Shown in pieces: positions 63,006-64,000 of a DNA stretch of 64,000 nucleotides. Each line of letters opens with the position of its first letter. Position 1 is the first letter of the stretch. Position numbers and translations under genes: made by a program. The stretch is from positions 186,001 through 250,000 of the IMG/VR virus record IMGVR_UViG_3300042482_000702. The stretch is one strand, 5' to 3'. The notes under the pieces were generated by a model. It saw nothing but the letters and a program-made list of their open reading frames with translations, was not told where the DNA came from and made no database searches.

Positions 63006-64000
63006 TTATCTTCCACCAAATAACCAACCATATTTCATATAATCGTCTTTAGAAACTTGACTGGAACTAAATTGGTTTATTCTTTCGGTTAAATTTGGCA
63101 TAACCGGATTAAAAGAAATGGATTGTCCTATGTTCTGATTATTACTAACCGACCAAGAATCAATCATCGCTTTGGTATGTTCTGTTACTTTGGTTAAATT
63201 ACTAAATGATGATTCAGCCACATATGTTGCCATAGCAATTGACATAATTAAATCATCGTGGTGTCCTTTCTGGTGGTCAGGTCTACCATTCATATAGATA
63301 AAAGTATTCATTTCCCCACATAAACGAGTACTATAAATTTTAAATCCGTGTCTTAATACTTCTTCAAAAGACGCAATAATTTGAACCCTTTTATTATTAA
63401 AATTTATTCCTGGTATTTTATCTAAAGCTTTTGGGTCGTATTTCCATTTATTTGATGAGTCAACCCCATCAATATATAAATTTCTATATCCCATCTCTTG
63501 CATTTTTCTCGCTGTTGATACGCCCATTCCTCCGGTAATATCAATAACAACAAAACACGAATACATTGTCGCCCATTTATAGGCGATTTCTGCCATAACA
63601 TCGGGTGGTATTTTCCCCACATATTCGGCAACTTGTTCATTAGTGTCAAAATCTACAATTTGGAATGAACTAAAATCTTCACTATCACCCCTAGATACAT
63701 CACAACCCATAATATATTTATGACCGATAACTGGTTCTTTCCAAATCCAAAGGGCGTTACCCATCATTTTACTAATAGGGTCTTTAACCATATTTTCATG
63801 GATTCCTTGCATCATTTTAGAATCAAATACATTATCACCTGACCCAAGGAAATTACATTCTAACTCCTGAGATACTTTACGTTTGTCGTATTTTAATTTT
63901 TTAACCATCGCTTCAAACCAAGAAGAACAAGGTTTGTATCCATCATCCATTAAAACTCTTAATTCTTTATAGTCTCTTTCATATGGTGATATGTTAGCCC
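63006..64000 (-). CDS. Terminase large subunit (T4 gp17-like), C-terminal nuclease part; start lies beyond the window
   Basis: QELEC.FLGS, YIMGCDVSRG..ED.S, EQVAEY, HHDDLIMS.A. Confidence 0.92.
   Translation of the reverse strand, partial: ANISPYERDYKELRVLMDDGYKPCSSWFEAMVKKLKYDKRKVSQELECNFLGSGDNVFDSKMMQGIHENMVKDPISKMMGNALWIWKEPVIGHKYIMGCDVSRGDSEDFSSFQIVDFDTNEQVAEYVGKIPPDVMAEIAYKWATMYSCFVVIDITGGMGVSTARKMQEMGYRNLYIDGVDSSNKWKYDPKALDKIPGINFNNKRVQIIASFEEVLRHGFKIYSTRLCGEMNTFIYMNGRPDHQKGHHDDLIMSIAMATYVAESSFSNLTKVTEHTKAMIDSWSVSNNQNIGQSISFNPVMPNLTERINQFSSSQVSKDDYMKYGWLFGGR

Noticed and set aside
1-64000. Genome-wide stop-codon reassignment
   Set aside because: Core genes are full length in the standard code, and TGA ends portal and spike genes at sensible positions; only the single TGA at 25560 is suspicious
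1-64000. Bacterial chromosome with an LPS/capsule locus or a prophage
   Set aside because: Sugar genes are interleaved with T4-like core genes; no transporters, polymerase/flippase, integrase or host housekeeping context
1-64000. tRNA, rRNA, introns or inteins
   Set aside because: Intergenic gaps are short and AT-rich with no cloverleaf-like sequence; core genes show no interruptions that I could see by eye

Overview
A 64-kb AT-rich, densely coded segment of a large T4-like (myovirus-type) phage in the standard genetic code. The host is very probably Bacteroidota: there is a phage bS21 gene with the Bacteroidota-type Tyr54, DUF4494-like, DUF5977-like and BspA-like domains, a TAnnTTTG promoter, and A-rich, SD-less start regions. 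The right end (52-64 kb) holds the head module: terminase large subunit (partial), portal, prohead protease, scaffold, major capsid protein, bS21 and an HNH endonuclease. The middle (29-52 kb) holds candidate head-internal proteins, a WYL protein, an exonuclease, dUTPase, a sugar-modification block (methyltransferase, epimerase, C-methyltransferase, five glycosyltransferase genes), PhoH, a gp55-like late sigma factor and a gp5-like spike. The left end (1-29 kb) is a battery of large fibre/adhesin-like genes (LamG x3, LRR, beta-helix, Pro-free Gly-X-Y Ser/Thr repeats, Thr-Pro mucin-like linkers). Embedded in it is a modification cassette: a multi-domain GT, a GT4 fused to a TibC/Aah-family protein O-heptosyltransferase, a GT9-like enzyme, an APS kinase and a sulfotransferase. 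The best candidate for an undescribed system is phage-encoded O-glycosylation plus sulfation of its own Ser/Thr-rich virion fibres; this is inference, not shown by the sequence. Other notable signals are a TATTTAT late-promoter motif (reverse complement of the T4 late promoter core), a 31-bp dual-coding direct repeat flanking an inserted methyltransferase, an in-frame Thr-Pro tail behind a TGA, and two ORFs missing from the ORF track. All product calls come from motif recognition by eye; no database searches were run.
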